A stretch of DNA of 64,000 nt from an uncultured Nitrososphaeria archaeon (GCA_964507345.1 CAZDPL010000001.1:2073-66072), one strand, 5' to 3'; shown: positions 1-9,560, numbered from the stretch's first letter. Numbers and translations: made by a program. The notes: generated by a model from the sequence alone, not told the origin.

Positions 1-651
1 TTCCCTAATTTTGTCGATTTCTGGGGCTAGAGTAGACTCGGGCACGTCTTCGATGTTTATCCATCTATCCGCGAAATAGACTTTCTTAATATGCTTCTGT
101 AGTAAGGGTTTAACTTTCTTCTCGAATATGTTTTCGAGCTCTTTAGGGACTCCCGGAAGACATACTATCCGAGTTTTTCCGACTTTTAGGAGAACTCCGG
201 GCGCGGCTCCAACTTCGTTTTCAAGAGGTTTTGCTCCTTTTGGAAGCATAGCCATCTTCATTCTATGTGGGGTTAGCTCGGCCGACTCTACGACTCCTTT
301 CTCAGCAAGCTCTCGATATCTTTCTTTAAGCATTTCAACTGCTTTCTTGCTTAAGACTAGTTTACGTCTAAGAGCTTTCGCAACTCCTTGAAGAGTTACA
401 TCGTCGTAGGTCGGCCCGAGCCCTCCGCTCGTGATTATCCAATCTACTTTCCTCCTTAAGGAGTCTTTTATGGCAGCGCTTATCTCATCCACATCATCAC
501 CGACCGTTATTATTCTGCAAACTTTTCCGCCGAGAGCGTTAATTTGCTCGGCGAGGTACTTTGCGTTAGTGTTTAAAATTCTTCCGTCAAGAAGCTCATA
601 GCCTATCGAGATTATGTCAAAAAGTGTCTGAAGACTTTTCTTAGATTTCAT
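1..651 (-). CDS. CinA-like / molybdopterin-binding (MoCF) domain protein, runs off the window edge
   Basis: Not in ORF track; manual translation from ATG at 651: MKSKKSLQTLFDIISIGYELLDGRILNTNAKYLA...VGDD...ITSGGLGPTYDDVT...LPGVPKE, typical CinA N-terminal motifs. Confidence 0.88.
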   Translation of the reverse strand, partial: MKSKKSLQTLFDIISIGYELLDGRILNTNAKYLAEQINALGGKVCRIITVGDDVDEISAAIKDSLRRKVDWIITSGGLGPTYDDVTLQGVAKALRRKLVLSKKAVEMLKERYRELAEKGVVESAELTPHRMKMAMLPKGAKPLENEVGAAPGVLLKVGKTRIVCLPGVPKELENIFEKKVKPLLQKHIKKVYFADRWINIEDVPESTLAPEIDKIRE

Positions 652-784
652 TGCTTCGATATTGGAGGCAGGCGCTGGATATATAACTATTCTCAATGAA
701 GCATGATGTTCAGCTATGTTTAGGATGTCGAGAGAACACAAATAAGGAGCTAAAAATTAGTCGTATTGGTTGGTGTCTGTAGAG

Positions 785-1441
785 ATGAGCTTAAGGAGGC
801 CGCCTGCTCTTCCAACAGAGAAGGATTGCAAAGCTGCTTTTCAAGAACTTTTAAAGAAGAAGGGTGAAGAGGTCGCGAAGCGCTGTGGAGTGATATATCT
901 GCCGCCTTCAAAACCTGGGAAGAAGAAAGGTAGATATGTTGTTAATCTCCTGATCAAGACTTATTCTGTTGAGCTTGATACTGGTGAGATAATAGATTTA
1001 ATAGCTGGAAAGGAAGCCCCTATCGAAATAGCCTTCCTGATTCTGAGGTATCTTTCTTCATCGGCTGGCATTGGAAGAAAGGAGGATTGGGTGCCGTTTG
1101 AAGATTTTCCGAAAGCTAGGATATATAAGAGCTATTTTGAGAGATACGTCATCAAGCCTTTTGCAAGGTTATTCGGGTACGAGTCTGAAAAATATGAAAT
1201 GGTTTGCAGAAAGCTTGGTGGGAAGAAAGAGCGGCTCGGAGGCTTAAGCTACTCTTTCACCTTCCTTCCTAAGGTTAGGATCCTCACCCAGCTTTGGAAA
1301 GGCAGAAGTGAGGATTATGTCCTGCCTACGGCCAATCTTATGTTCAATTATTCAGCTAGACACTTTTTATCGACTGAGGATCTGCTACTAGCAGGCAGGG
1401 TTATGGTGTCCATGATGGAGGCTGAGGCGAAGAAGCTCTAA
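785..1441 (+). CDS. DUF3786-family protein
   Basis: ILRYL...W(V)PF(E)DFP...LGG...F(TF)LPKV...LW...P.AN.MF pattern resembles DUF3786; ATG 785 preferred over TTG 770. Confidence 0.65.
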   Translation: MSLRRPPALPTEKDCKAAFQELLKKKGEEVAKRCGVIYLPPSKPGKKKGRYVVNLLIKTYSVELDTGEIIDLIAGKEAPIEIAFLILRYLSSSAGIGRKEDWVPFEDFPKARIYKSYFERYVIKPFARLFGYESEKYEMVCRKLGGKKERLGGLSYSFTFLPKVRILTQLWKGRSEDYVLPTANLMFNYSARHFLSTEDLLLAGRVMVSMMEAEAKKL

Positions 1442-1480
1442 CGTTAAGTATCGGCCCGCTAACAGTTTTGGCGCGGAAAG

Positions 1481-2398
1481 ATGCTCGAAGGATTGAAGAA
1501 GGCGTTCAGAGAGCTAGCGAAAGAGGTTAGCACAAAATCCCTCTCCGATAAAGAAATTCAAGAATACGTCGAATCATTCAAGCTTCAACTGATCGCAAAT
1601 GATGTCGCAGTAGAAGTGGCGGATAAAATCGGAGAAGCTCTTTCAGAGAAACTTAAGCAACTGAGGTTAAAGCGTTTCGCAGATCCAACTCCTGAAATTT
1701 GGAAGCATATGTCAACAATAATTGATTCGGTATTGAAGGAAGCAAGTCTAAATGAGTTATTAGCAAGAATTGAAGAGAAAAGAAATCGTGGTGAGCCATT
1801 TGTCATACTTTTTGTGGGTCCAAATGGAAGTGGAAAAACTACTACTATCGTGAAGCTGGCCCACTTATTGAAAAAACATGGATTTGGAGCGATAATTGCT
1901 GCAGCGGATACGTTTAGAGCTGGTGCAATTGAGCAGATCAAAAAACTAGCTAGCTCGGTGAACGTGAGGGTCGTAAGCCAGAAGTATGGAGCAGACCCAG
2001 CGGCCGTCGCAATGGATGCCGTAATGAGTGCGAAGGCGAATAAGATACCAGTTGTGTTAATAGATACTGCCGGGAGAACCGAAGTTGATCGAAATCTCTT
2101 GGAGGAGATGAGGAAGATTAAACGCGTCGTGAATCCAGATCTAGTGATATACGTGGGCGATGCTCTGGCCGGAAACTCCGCGGTCGAGCAGGCGAGAAAC
2201 TTTGATGAATACGTGGGGATAGATTACATAATCTTAGCTAAGCTCGATGCAGATGCAAAAGGAGGATCAGCTATTTCAATAAGCTATCTTACAGGGAAAC
2301 CTATTCTCTTAGTTGGCACTGGTCAGGATCTAAACGATCTCAAACCGTTCTCCAAAGACCTCATAAAATCGCTTATAATGGAGTCGAAGGCTGGTTAA
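1481..2398 (+). CDS. ftsY: Signal recognition particle receptor FtsY
   Basis: GPNGSGKTTT, DTFRAGAIEQ, DTAGR, KLDADAKGG SRP-GTPase motifs. Confidence 0.96.
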   Translation: MLEGLKKAFRELAKEVSTKSLSDKEIQEYVESFKLQLIANDVAVEVADKIGEALSEKLKQLRLKRFADPTPEIWKHMSTIIDSVLKEASLNELLARIEEKRNRGEPFVILFVGPNGSGKTTTIVKLAHLLKKHGFGAIIAAADTFRAGAIEQIKKLASSVNVRVVSQKYGADPAAVAMDAVMSAKANKIPVVLIDTAGRTEVDRNLLEEMRKIKRVVNPDLVIYVGDALAGNSAVEQARNFDEYVGIDYIILAKLDADAKGGSAISISYLTGKPILLVGTGQDLNDLKPFSKDLIKSLIMESKAG

Positions 2399-2448
2399 CA
2401 TCATCCCCCAGAGAAGATTTTAATCATGAGAAGGAGAATTAATCTTTA

Positions 2449-3084
2449 GTGCCGCGTAGAATGCCTCAACAAAATTTAAGAAAATTGTTGGAAGCGCTTG
2501 CGGCCAGAGAGATAGGTCCTCAACCTACTTTTCAGAAGTTCGAGTTTCTAGATCTTTTCTTGATCTTGGATAAGGAGGGGCTTATAGGTAGGAAGAGGTT
2601 AAGTGAGCGGCTTGGCATCGGCGAGGGAGCTGTTAGAACTATGCTTCAAAGATTGAAAGCCGAGTCTTTAATCGAGGTCATGGGAAGGGGTGGATGCAGA
2701 CTTAGCGAGAAAGGTGCAAAGCTTGTAAACTTGCTTAAGATGGTTTTGAGGGATGTCGGCCCAGTGAATTTAAAGCTTCCATGGAATTATCCAAGCAATT
2801 ATGTCGTCATAGTTAGGAATGCTGCTGAATCCGTGAAGAAAGGTCTTGAGCAGAGAGATGAAGCGATCCGCGCTGGGGCGAGAGCGCTCATGGTGCTGAC
2901 CTACGTTAATGGTAGACTTATGATGCCTGGAGTAGCTGATCTTACATCTGAAAAACCCGATTTTGCTTCAAGCTTAGTAAATCTACTAAAACCTGAGGAA
3001 GGTGACGTGATACTGATTTCGGCTGGGGACTCTGTTAGAGAGGCTAGGAGAGGCGCACTAGCTGCCGCTCAAACACTTTTCTAA
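2449..3084 (+). CDS. Winged-helix protein, DUF4443-like C-terminus
   Basis: IGRKRLSERLGIGEGAVRTML HTH; GLEQRDEAIRAGA motif typical of this archaeal family. Confidence 0.7.
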   Translation: MPRRMPQQNLRKLLEALAAREIGPQPTFQKFEFLDLFLILDKEGLIGRKRLSERLGIGEGAVRTMLQRLKAESLIEVMGRGGCRLSEKGAKLVNLLKMVLRDVGPVNLKLPWNYPSNYVVIVRNAAESVKKGLEQRDEAIRAGARALMVLTYVNGRLMMPGVADLTSEKPDFASSLVNLLKPEEGDVILISAGDSVREARRGALAAAQTLF

Positions 3085-3416
3085 CCTTTTTCGAGGTATT
3101 TCCTCCATTCATCAGGCTTGAACCTTTTCTCCATAATCTCCATCTCTTTCACGAAGGCTTCTTCAAGATCCACCCCAAACCTATTTGCGAGTTGGAGGAA
3201 TAGAGAGAATGCTTGTCCAAATTCTTCCCAGACTTCATCGCGCGGCGGCTGATGGCCTAACTTCGGAACCTTATAGCCTTCTCTTACGAGTATGTGGCGC
3301 CCGATCTCCGAGATCTCCTCGATCAAATGCGTGAATATCTGAGATTCGCTGAATCGATCCCATCTCCTCGCCTTCTCGAATTCGAGCATCTTCTTCTGAG
3401 CTTCCGAAATCTTCAT
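3081..3416 (-). CDS. MazG-like nucleotide pyrophosphohydrolase
   Basis: HLIEEISEI...EEFGQ...LANRFGVDLEEAF all-alpha NTP-PPase pattern. Confidence 0.8.
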   Translation of the reverse strand: MKISEAQKKMLEFEKARRWDRFSESQIFTHLIEEISEIGRHILVREGYKVPKLGHQPPRDEVWEEFGQAFSLFLQLANRFGVDLEEAFVKEMEIMEKRFKPDEWRKYLEKG

Positions 3417-3542
3417 GACTTCTCGCCAGTGATTTTTTGGCGTAGGCGGCTTGAAATAGCTTTACGCATCTTCTCCTTGAGAGAAAGATATTTGGCTGCC
3501 TAAGCTTTAGGCTTTCATGACGCTGAGGCGAGGTCTCCGAAT

Positions 3543-3998
3543 ATGGCTTCGGATCAAGAAAATCTCGCGAGAGCGGTATCTGAGCTACAGGTTCTCGAGC
3601 GAGCGATGTCTGAGCTACAATCTCGAATCGCAACCCTGCAAGCCGTGCTCGGCGAATACGATGGAGCCATAAGCCTCCTCGAAGAGCTTCAAAAACAAAA
3701 ATCCGAGGTAAAGATGCTCGTCCCAATAGGCGGTGGAAACTTCCTCCAAGCAGAAATCAAGGAGGTGGAGGCTGTTCAAGTGAGCCTCGGCGCGGGCATA
3801 GTAATGAAGCAGCCGATTCAAGAAGGCTATGAGCTGATAAAAAAGCGTAGAGAGCAGATAAGCAGGATCATAGAACAATATCAGAATACGCTAATTCAAT
3901 ATGCTCAAAGAGCAGAGGAACTGCGCAGACTTGTCGAGGCTCTTTCAGCAAGAATACGCGCCCAAATGCAGCAAAAACAAGAGGCCGAAAAACGGTAA
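3543..3998 (+). CDS. pfdA: Prefoldin alpha subunit
   Basis: Coiled coils flanking MLVPIGGGNF...VSLGAGI double beta-hairpin. Confidence 0.92.
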   Translation: MASDQENLARAVSELQVLERAMSELQSRIATLQAVLGEYDGAISLLEELQKQKSEVKMLVPIGGGNFLQAEIKEVEAVQVSLGAGIVMKQPIQEGYELIKKRREQISRIIEQYQNTLIQYAQRAEELRRLVEALSARIRAQMQQKQEAEKR

Positions 3999-4081
3999 GC
4001 CGGAGCTGGCCACAGCCGAGCCGCGATATATCCCATTATTTACCTAAAGCCTGGCCGAGGTATTGCCGATCGACACCTGTC

Positions 4082-4099
4082 GAGAAAGTTTTTATATAA
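4082..4099 (+). promoter_or_regulatory. BRE + TATA box of a small standalone transcript
   Basis: GAGAAAG followed by TTTTTATATAA, about 25 nt upstream of a structured region starting ~4123. Confidence 0.65.
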
Positions 4100-4198
4100 C
4101 CCCTAATCCGAAATCTCTCTCGATGAGAAGCCTCCGAACGGCTTCCCGCATAGGGGTTGAGTCCGGCGCGGGGAGGGCGAAGGCCCTCCCGGGAGGCG

Positions 4199-4390
4199 AT
4201 GTCTAGAATGGTCGTTAGATTGAATCCTGCTCGAAAGCGTGCGTTGCTCTGCTGTTCCGTGCTGGGCTTCGGCTCCTCGGCGTCGTTCTTCCTTCTCGCA
4301 GCCTTGATGGGCTCTCCGCTGATGGGGCTCGTCGGAGTTATGCTGGGAGTTCTCGCGGGAGTTGACGTCTGGAGACTTTTAACAGAGTAG
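4199..4390 (+). CDS. Small 63-aa membrane protein with two predicted TM helices, in a structured transcript
   Basis: SD GGGAGG just before ATG 4199; basic N-terminus then hydrophobic Gly-rich helices; own TATA upstream and T-rich terminator-like run at 4418-4427. Confidence 0.6.
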   Translation: MSRMVVRLNPARKRALLCCSVLGFGSSASFFLLAALMGSPLMGLVGVMLGVLAGVDVWRLLTE

Positions 4391-4434
4391 CCGGCTCAAC
4401 CCCAAATTGCTAAGCTATTTTTATTTTCCAAAAC

Positions 4435-5757
4435 TTATTCCGAGCCTAGCTCCCATTTTGTTAAATACTCTTCCTGCTCAGGCGTCAATTTCTCTAATTC
4501 TATTCCCATGGCTTCGAGCTTTAGCCTCGCAACAGTTTCATCAATCTCTCTTGGAACATCGATCACGTTCACCGGCAATCTTCCATGGTTTTTCACGAGA
4601 TATTCTGCTGAGAGCGCTTGGAGGCTAAATGACATATCCATCACATCGCATGGATGACCTTCAGCGCAAACTAGGTTCACGAGTCTTCCCTCTCCAAGGA
4701 GGTAAAGTCTTCTACCATCTCTCAGAACGTATTCCTCTATGCAAGGCATTATCCTCCGCTTTTCAACGCTGATTGCTTCCAGATCCTTTTTGTTTACTTC
4801 GACATCGAAGTGCCCCGCGTTGGCCAAAATCGCGCCGTCCTTCATGACTTCGAAATGCTCTCTCCTGATGACGCTTATGTTTCCCGTCGCTGTTATGAAT
4901 AAGTCTCCATGAGAGGCAGCCTTCCTCATAGATTCGACGTTGAATCCATCCATAAGAGCTCTCAAGGCTTTAATTGGATCAACTTCGACGACCGTAACTC
5001 TCGCCCCCATTCCTCTAAGCCTATTAGCTATCCCAGCTCCCACGTTTCCATAACCAGCGACTACAACATCCTTTCCAGCCAGAAGCATGCCAGTTGCTCT
5101 AATGACTCCATCTAAGGCTGATTGACCAGTTCCTATAGGATTGTCGAAAAGCTTCTTCGATTCCGCGTCGTTTACAGCTATCACTGGATAAAGGAGCTTA
5201 CCATTTCTCGCCATAGCTCTAAGCCTTACCACCCCGGTCGTGGTTTCCTCGCAGCCGCCGATGATCTCCTGCTTAACGAGTTTCTCGACATCGAGATCTC
5301 CGATAACCTCCTTCACGTATTCTATTTCCTTCGATTTGATTCCATAGTAGAGTTTGTGGATTGTTGAGATTAGATCTGCGCCGTCATCTATCGTGATCAT
5401 CGGCCTTGAAGCTAACACGTATCCTATGCATTGATAGTATTCTCGGATACTTTCGCCTCGGAATGCGTAAACTTTTATGCCTGATTCGGCGATAGCTGCA
5501 GCAACGTCATCTTGTGTGCTAGAGGGATTCGATGCGCAGAGGACTACATCCGCTCCACCCGCTCTCAAGGCTTCAGCAAGAATCGCGGTCTCGGTCGTTA
5601 CATGCAGGCAAAGCCCGATCCTTATGCCTCGTAAGGGCTTCTCCCTTTCAAACCGCTCCGCGATCTTCGAGAGAACGGGCATCAGGTTGCGAGACCATTC
5701 TATTCGCCTCCTCCCCTTATCTGCTAAGCTTAAATCCGCTACCCAGTAGTCCTTCAT
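4435..5757 (-). CDS. ahcY: Adenosylhomocysteinase
   Basis: [44 protein letters not shown] motifs; start at MKDYW assumed. Confidence 0.96.
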   Translation of the reverse strand: MKDYWVADLSLADKGRRRIEWSRNLMPVLSKIAERFEREKPLRGIRIGLCLHVTTETAILAEALRAGGADVVLCASNPSSTQDDVAAAIAESGIKVYAFRGESIREYYQCIGYVLASRPMITIDDGADLISTIHKLYYGIKSKEIEYVKEVIGDLDVEKLVKQEIIGGCEETTTGVVRLRAMARNGKLLYPVIAVNDAESKKLFDNPIGTGQSALDGVIRATGMLLAGKDVVVAGYGNVGAGIANRLRGMGARVTVVEVDPIKALRALMDGFNVESMRKAASHGDLFITATGNISVIRREHFEVMKDGAILANAGHFDVEVNKKDLEAISVEKRRIMPCIEEYVLRDGRRLYLLGEGRLVNLVCAEGHPCDVMDMSFSLQALSAEYLVKNHGRLPVNVIDVPREIDETVARLKLEAMGIELEKLTPEQEEYLTKWELGSE

Positions 5758-5836
5758 CAGCCTATAGCGTAATTGGTGGGGAAAATAAGACTTAGCTTGA
5801 TGAGACAACCTAAATACGACGGCTTAACCGCTTTAC

Positions 5837-6280
5837 ATGGACTTGAGCTGGGAAGAACGCGTCAAAACAAAGGAAGGTTACCTAAAGCTCCTAGACCAAG
5901 TCATGGCCCATCTCCCGCAGACCATAGGGAAGGCTGGAGATAGATTGATAGTCCTAAACCCGGAGATACTCCACGAGTCTAGGAGAACGATAATCATGAA
6001 CTTCAAGGACTTAGCAGAGAAGCTGAATAGAGAGCCGGAACATCTTGCAAGATTCGTTTTCAAGGAATCAGGTAAGCCTGGATCCCTCGAGGGAGAGAGG
6101 CTGATTATTCAGGGAAGATTATCAAATGAAGAGTTTAGAAGATTGATCGAACTCTACGTCAAAGAGTTCGTAAAATGCCCGATCTGCGGAGGCTTGGACA
6201 CGCGGATTATTTCGGAAAGGCGGTTGAGATTTCTTGTCTGCGAGGTATGTGGCGCGAAAAGCTCTGTTAGGAAAATTTAG
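5837..6280 (+). CDS. eif2b: Translation initiation factor 2 beta subunit (aIF2beta)
   Basis: RTIIMNF...LNREPEHL...YVKEFVKCPICGGLDT...CEVCGA zinc ribbon. Confidence 0.93.
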   Translation: MDLSWEERVKTKEGYLKLLDQVMAHLPQTIGKAGDRLIVLNPEILHESRRTIIMNFKDLAEKLNREPEHLARFVFKESGKPGSLEGERLIIQGRLSNEEFRRLIELYVKEFVKCPICGGLDTRIISERRLRFLVCEVCGAKSSVRKI

Positions 6281-6297
6281 CCATTAACTCATAAATA

Positions 6298-7053
6298 GTG
6301 GGGGAAGCTCCTCAAAATCCGAAGACGTTGGAAACTTATAGAAGGCCTCCGCTCGCCTTGGAAGTTTTAGATCTACTAAATCTAGCTAGGCTTGCCATGA
6401 GCAGAGCTGATGTTCAACCGCTCTTCTGGGCCTTCAATTATCGTGGAAGCGAAATACTCGGAAGCTTGATCTCGATACCGTATTGGCGTGGAAGTCTTCC
6501 GATCTTCGCTTACATAAGGCTTAAGCGAGGAGAGAAGTTGAAGGGCTACGTAGCTTACACGAGCATAGGAATCGAAAAAGCATTCTTCAGCGAAAGCTCT
6601 GACGATACGCGCTATGTTTATGGTCCTGTGGTTGAAATCGAGGATCCACCCCGCATACTTGCTAAAGCTCTTTCATCTAGGAGGGGGTTGAGGGAGAAGC
6701 CTATAGCGGTTAAGGCTCGAAATCTCTCTTCTCTCATTAGGGTTCTCATGATCATGAGCGATAATATGGTCTCCCCTCCAATATGGCATTACAGGGTAAG
6801 CTCGAAGAAGCATATCCTCGGATTAATGGCTCCCTTCTACGACTACTACGAGGCCAACGCCTTACCCGTATTCTTCTACGTCGAGAGCAATCGAAAACCA
6901 GCGCCTTTCATCAGATATCAAGCCATGAATGGTCGAGAAGAATTAGACTTCGCTGACAGCGTTTCCGACATGAAATACTTCTATGGAAGAGTTGTAACCG
7001 TGAAAGAGATCCCATTTCTAACAATACGCAGAAGGAAGAATCGAAGGCGTTGA
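6298..7053 (+). CDS. Hypothetical protein made of two tandem homologous ~120-aa domains
   Basis: Halves align by eye: PPLALEVLDLLNLARL/KPIAVKARNLSSLIRV; SLPIFAY/ALPVFFY; DTRYVYGPVVEIEDPP/DMKYFYGRVVTVKEIP. Confidence 0.75.
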   Translation: MGEAPQNPKTLETYRRPPLALEVLDLLNLARLAMSRADVQPLFWAFNYRGSEILGSLISIPYWRGSLPIFAYIRLKRGEKLKGYVAYTSIGIEKAFFSESSDDTRYVYGPVVEIEDPPRILAKALSSRRGLREKPIAVKARNLSSLIRVLMIMSDNMVSPPIWHYRVSSKKHILGLMAPFYDYYEANALPVFFYVESNRKPAPFIRYQAMNGREELDFADSVSDMKYFYGRVVTVKEIPFLTIRRRKNRRR

Positions 7054-7072
7054 AATCATTTCCAGCCAGCTC

Positions 7073-7213
7073 TTACTTCCAAAGCTCTTTCTTAAGCAAG
7101 TCTCTTACGGCTGTCCGCATAACCGCGCTTCTGCTCGGATAAGCACCTCTTCTAACGAGCTCGTCCATGCCTTCGATTAATGCTTCAGGCATCTTAACTG
7201 AGATGAGCTTCAT
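7073..7213 (-). CDS. Ribbon-helix-helix DNA-binding protein, CdrS-like (46 aa)
   Basis: Not in ORF track; MKLISVKMPEALIEGMDELVRRGAYPSRSAVMRTAVRDLLKKELWK, SD GGAGGTG upstream. Confidence 0.9.
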   Translation of the reverse strand: MKLISVKMPEALIEGMDELVRRGAYPSRSAVMRTAVRDLLKKELWK

Positions 7214-7473
7214 TCATTCAACACCTCCAGGCTAGCTAACAGGAGTCAAGTCCCTTTCATAAAACTTTCTCAATAAACGCGTCGCTCAATCTTCATCATT
7301 TGGTAAACCCGTGGCCATCGCGCCTTGAAAGATTCAGAGAATGAGCTGAAGAATACTCTTAATAACCAGGATTTGAGCAGTCAGTCCTCCTTACCGATGG
7401 CGGCTTTTCAATCTTAGGTTTATAAATAGCCCGATATCCTCATAAGACTGGGGTTATTGGGAGGTGAATCTAT

Positions 7474-9126
7474 ATGTCTGATGTTGCAGCCCCTTCTGCA
7501 GCTGGAGGAGTCCCAGTTATAATATTACGAGAGGGAACTCAAAGAACCCGTGGGAGAGAAGCTCAGCTCAACAACATCATGGTTGCTAAGATCATAGCAG
7601 AGGCTATGAGATCTTCCCTCGGCCCGAGAGGCATGGATAAGATGCTGGTGGACAGCTTTGGAGATGTTACAATAACCAGTGATGGTGCTACGATTCTCAA
7701 GGAGATGGAAGTTGAGCATCCAGTAGCCAAGATGCTTGTCGAGATAGCAAAAGCTCAGGACGCTGAGGTAGGTGATGGAACAACCTCCGTAGTGGTAATT
7801 GCAGGCGAGCTCCTTTCCAAGGCTGAAGAGCTTATTGAGAAAGAAGTTCATCCAACTACGATAATTGATGGATATCGTAAGGCGGCTGTAAAAGCCCTTG
7901 AAATATATGACCAAATAGGAATACCTGTCTCCCTAGATGATAGAGATACCTTAAAGAAGATTGCAAAGACCGCGATGGCTGCGAAGATAGTTTCCGAGGA
8001 TGCCGAACACCTTGCTGAGCTAGCAGTGGAAGCAGTCCTCAGAGTTGCTGAACAGGTTGATGGAAAGTGGAAGGTCGATTTGGATAACATTAAGATCGAG
8101 AAGAAGGAGGGACAATCAGTAAGGGACACGGCGATCATCGACGGCATAGTCCTAGACAAAGAGGTAGTCCACTCAGGAATGCCAAGAATAGTTCATGATG
8201 CGAAGATCGCGCTCCTAGACTGCCCGCTCGAAATAGAGAAGACTGAGTTCGATGCAAAGCTACACATCGAAAGCCCCGAGCAGATGAAGGCCTTCATGGA
8301 GCAGGAAGAGCAGATGCTGAAGGAGATGGTGGAGAAGATAGCTGCAGTCGGCGCGAACGTTGTGCTTTGCCAGAAGGGAATTGACGACGTGGCCCAGCAC
8401 TTCCTCGCTCGCAAGGGAATACTCGCGGTCAGAAGAATCAAGAGATCCGATATCGAGAAGATTGCGAGGGCGACTGGCGCCAGGATCATAACGAGGCTTG
8501 AGGAGATAAGTGAAAAAGATCTCGGTAGAGCAAAGCTCGTGGAGGAGAGGAGAGTCGGAGAAGACAAGATGGTGTTCATCGAGGGCTGCGAGAACCCGAA
8601 GTCAATCACAATCCTGGTCCGCGGCGGAACCAAGAGGCTAGTAGATGAGGCTGAGAGATCTCTGAAAGACGCTCTAAACGTAGTCAAAGACGTGATCATG
8701 GAGAACAAGATCGTGGCAGGAGGAGGTGCTCCAGAAATCGAGGTATCGCTCGCGCTCCGAGAATACGCCAAATCTCTAGCAGGCAAGGAGCAGCTCGCGG
8801 TCGAGAAGTTCGCCGAGGCCCTCGAAGTGATCCCGATGCAGCTCGCTGAAAACGCTGGACTAGACCCGATAGAAGTCATCGTATCGCTCAGAGCTAGACA
8901 TAAGAAAGGCGAGAAATGGGCTGGAGTAAACGTAATGGAAGGAAAGATCGACGACATGTACAAGCTAGAGGTCCTCGAACCAGTGTTAGTCAAGAAGCAG
9001 GCAATCAAGGCGGCCGTCGAAGCTGCGGCGATGATCCTGAAGATCGACGACATAATCGCAGCCTCGAGACTCGAGGAGAAGAAAGAGGAGAAAGGGAAGG
9101 AAGAGTCCTCCTTTGAGGAAGAATGA
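7474..9126 (+). CDS. ths: Thermosome subunit (group II chaperonin)
   Basis: [22 protein letters not shown] motifs; SD GGAGGTGA. Confidence 0.98.
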   Translation: MSDVAAPSAAGGVPVIILREGTQRTRGREAQLNNIMVAKIIAEAMRSSLGPRGMDKMLVDSFGDVTITSDGATILKEMEVEHPVAKMLVEIAKAQDAEVGDGTTSVVVIAGELLSKAEELIEKEVHPTTIIDGYRKAAVKALEIYDQIGIPVSLDDRDTLKKIAKTAMAAKIVSEDAEHLAELAVEAVLRVAEQVDGKWKVDLDNIKIEKKEGQSVRDTAIIDGIVLDKEVVHSGMPRIVHDAKIALLDCPLEIEKTEFDAKLHIESPEQMKAFMEQEEQMLKEMVEKIAAVGANVVLCQKGIDDVAQHFLARKGILAVRRIKRSDIEKIARATGARIITRLEEISEKDLGRAKLVEERRVGEDKMVFIEGCENPKSITILVRGGTKRLVDEAERSLKDALNVVKDVIMENKIVAGGGAPEIEVSLALREYAKSLAGKEQLAVEKFAEALEVIPMQLAENAGLDPIEVIVSLRARHKKGEKWAGVNVMEGKIDDMYKLEVLEPVLVKKQAIKAAVEAAAMILKIDDIIAASRLEEKKEEKGKEESSFEEE

Positions 9127-9382
9127 ATTCACAGATCCGTATAGGCAGCCGCTGACCCGCTACGAAAAAGCGCGGATAATCGCTGGCAGAGCCCTCCAAC
9201 TATCGCTCGGCGCCTTCCCGCTAGTTGAAGTTAGGCCGAATGACACGCCGATCGATATCGCAAGAAGAGAGTTTGAGGCCGGCGTTCTCCCGATAATAAT
9301 TCGGAGAAGGCGGCCTGATGGAACTTACGTGGACATACCCCTGAAGGAGCTGCTGAAGCCCGTTGAGCAGAAAGCAGTCTAA
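9113..9382 (+). CDS. rpoK: DNA-directed RNA polymerase subunit K (Rpo6); start ambiguous
   Basis: [21 protein letters not shown]...PIDIA.REF...[12 protein letters not shown]. Confidence 0.93.
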   Translation: MRKNEFTDPYRQPLTRYEKARIIAGRALQLSLGAFPLVEVRPNDTPIDIARREFEAGVLPIIIRRRRPDGTYVDIPLKELLKPVEQKAV

Positions 9383-9560
9383 GCTAACCGATAAGCAGTC
9401 CTGGTTCATCTCTACATTAATCCTAACCGCCTTAACAATTTTCTTTCACTTCGTCACAGTCTTTGAGAAAACCTTCTTTCTTTACATCTTCGTAATCCCA
9501 ACTCTGCTGTCGATTCTATTCTCAATTTATCTCGAGATAAGCTCTCGCCGCAGAAGGTAA
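9363..9560 (+). CDS. Small hypothetical membrane protein (2 TM)
   Basis: 65-aa ORF with two hydrophobic stretches and a basic tail, overlapping the rpoK end. Confidence 0.55.
   Translation: MSRKQSKLTDKQSWFISTLILTALTIFFHFVTVFEKTFFLYIFVIPTLLSILFSIYLEISSRRRR

Noticed and set aside
128..391. 87-aa plus-strand ORF
   Set aside because: Antisense to the CinA-like gene on the minus strand
3271..3726. 151-aa minus-strand ORF, and a tiny ORF MRKAISSRLRQKITGEKS upstream of the MazG-like gene
   Set aside because: The long ORF overlaps both the MazG-like gene and pfdA; the tiny one is not L39e or any family I recognise
4121..4410. Considered as SRP RNA, RNase P RNA or a bulge-helix-bulge intron
   Set aside because: No SRP helix 6/8 motifs or RNase P conserved regions on either strand; the putative central 4-bp BHB helix has a mismatch
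7280..7300. Minus-strand ATGATGA (box C-like) upstream of the RHH gene
   Set aside because: No correctly spaced D, D' and C' boxes or terminal stem
8193..9053. 286-aa antisense ORF inside the thermosome gene, plus many similar antisense ORFs in acs, mvaA, ilvD, leuA and others
   Set aside because: Shadow frames of strongly codon-biased genes; Ser/Ile-rich with no motifs
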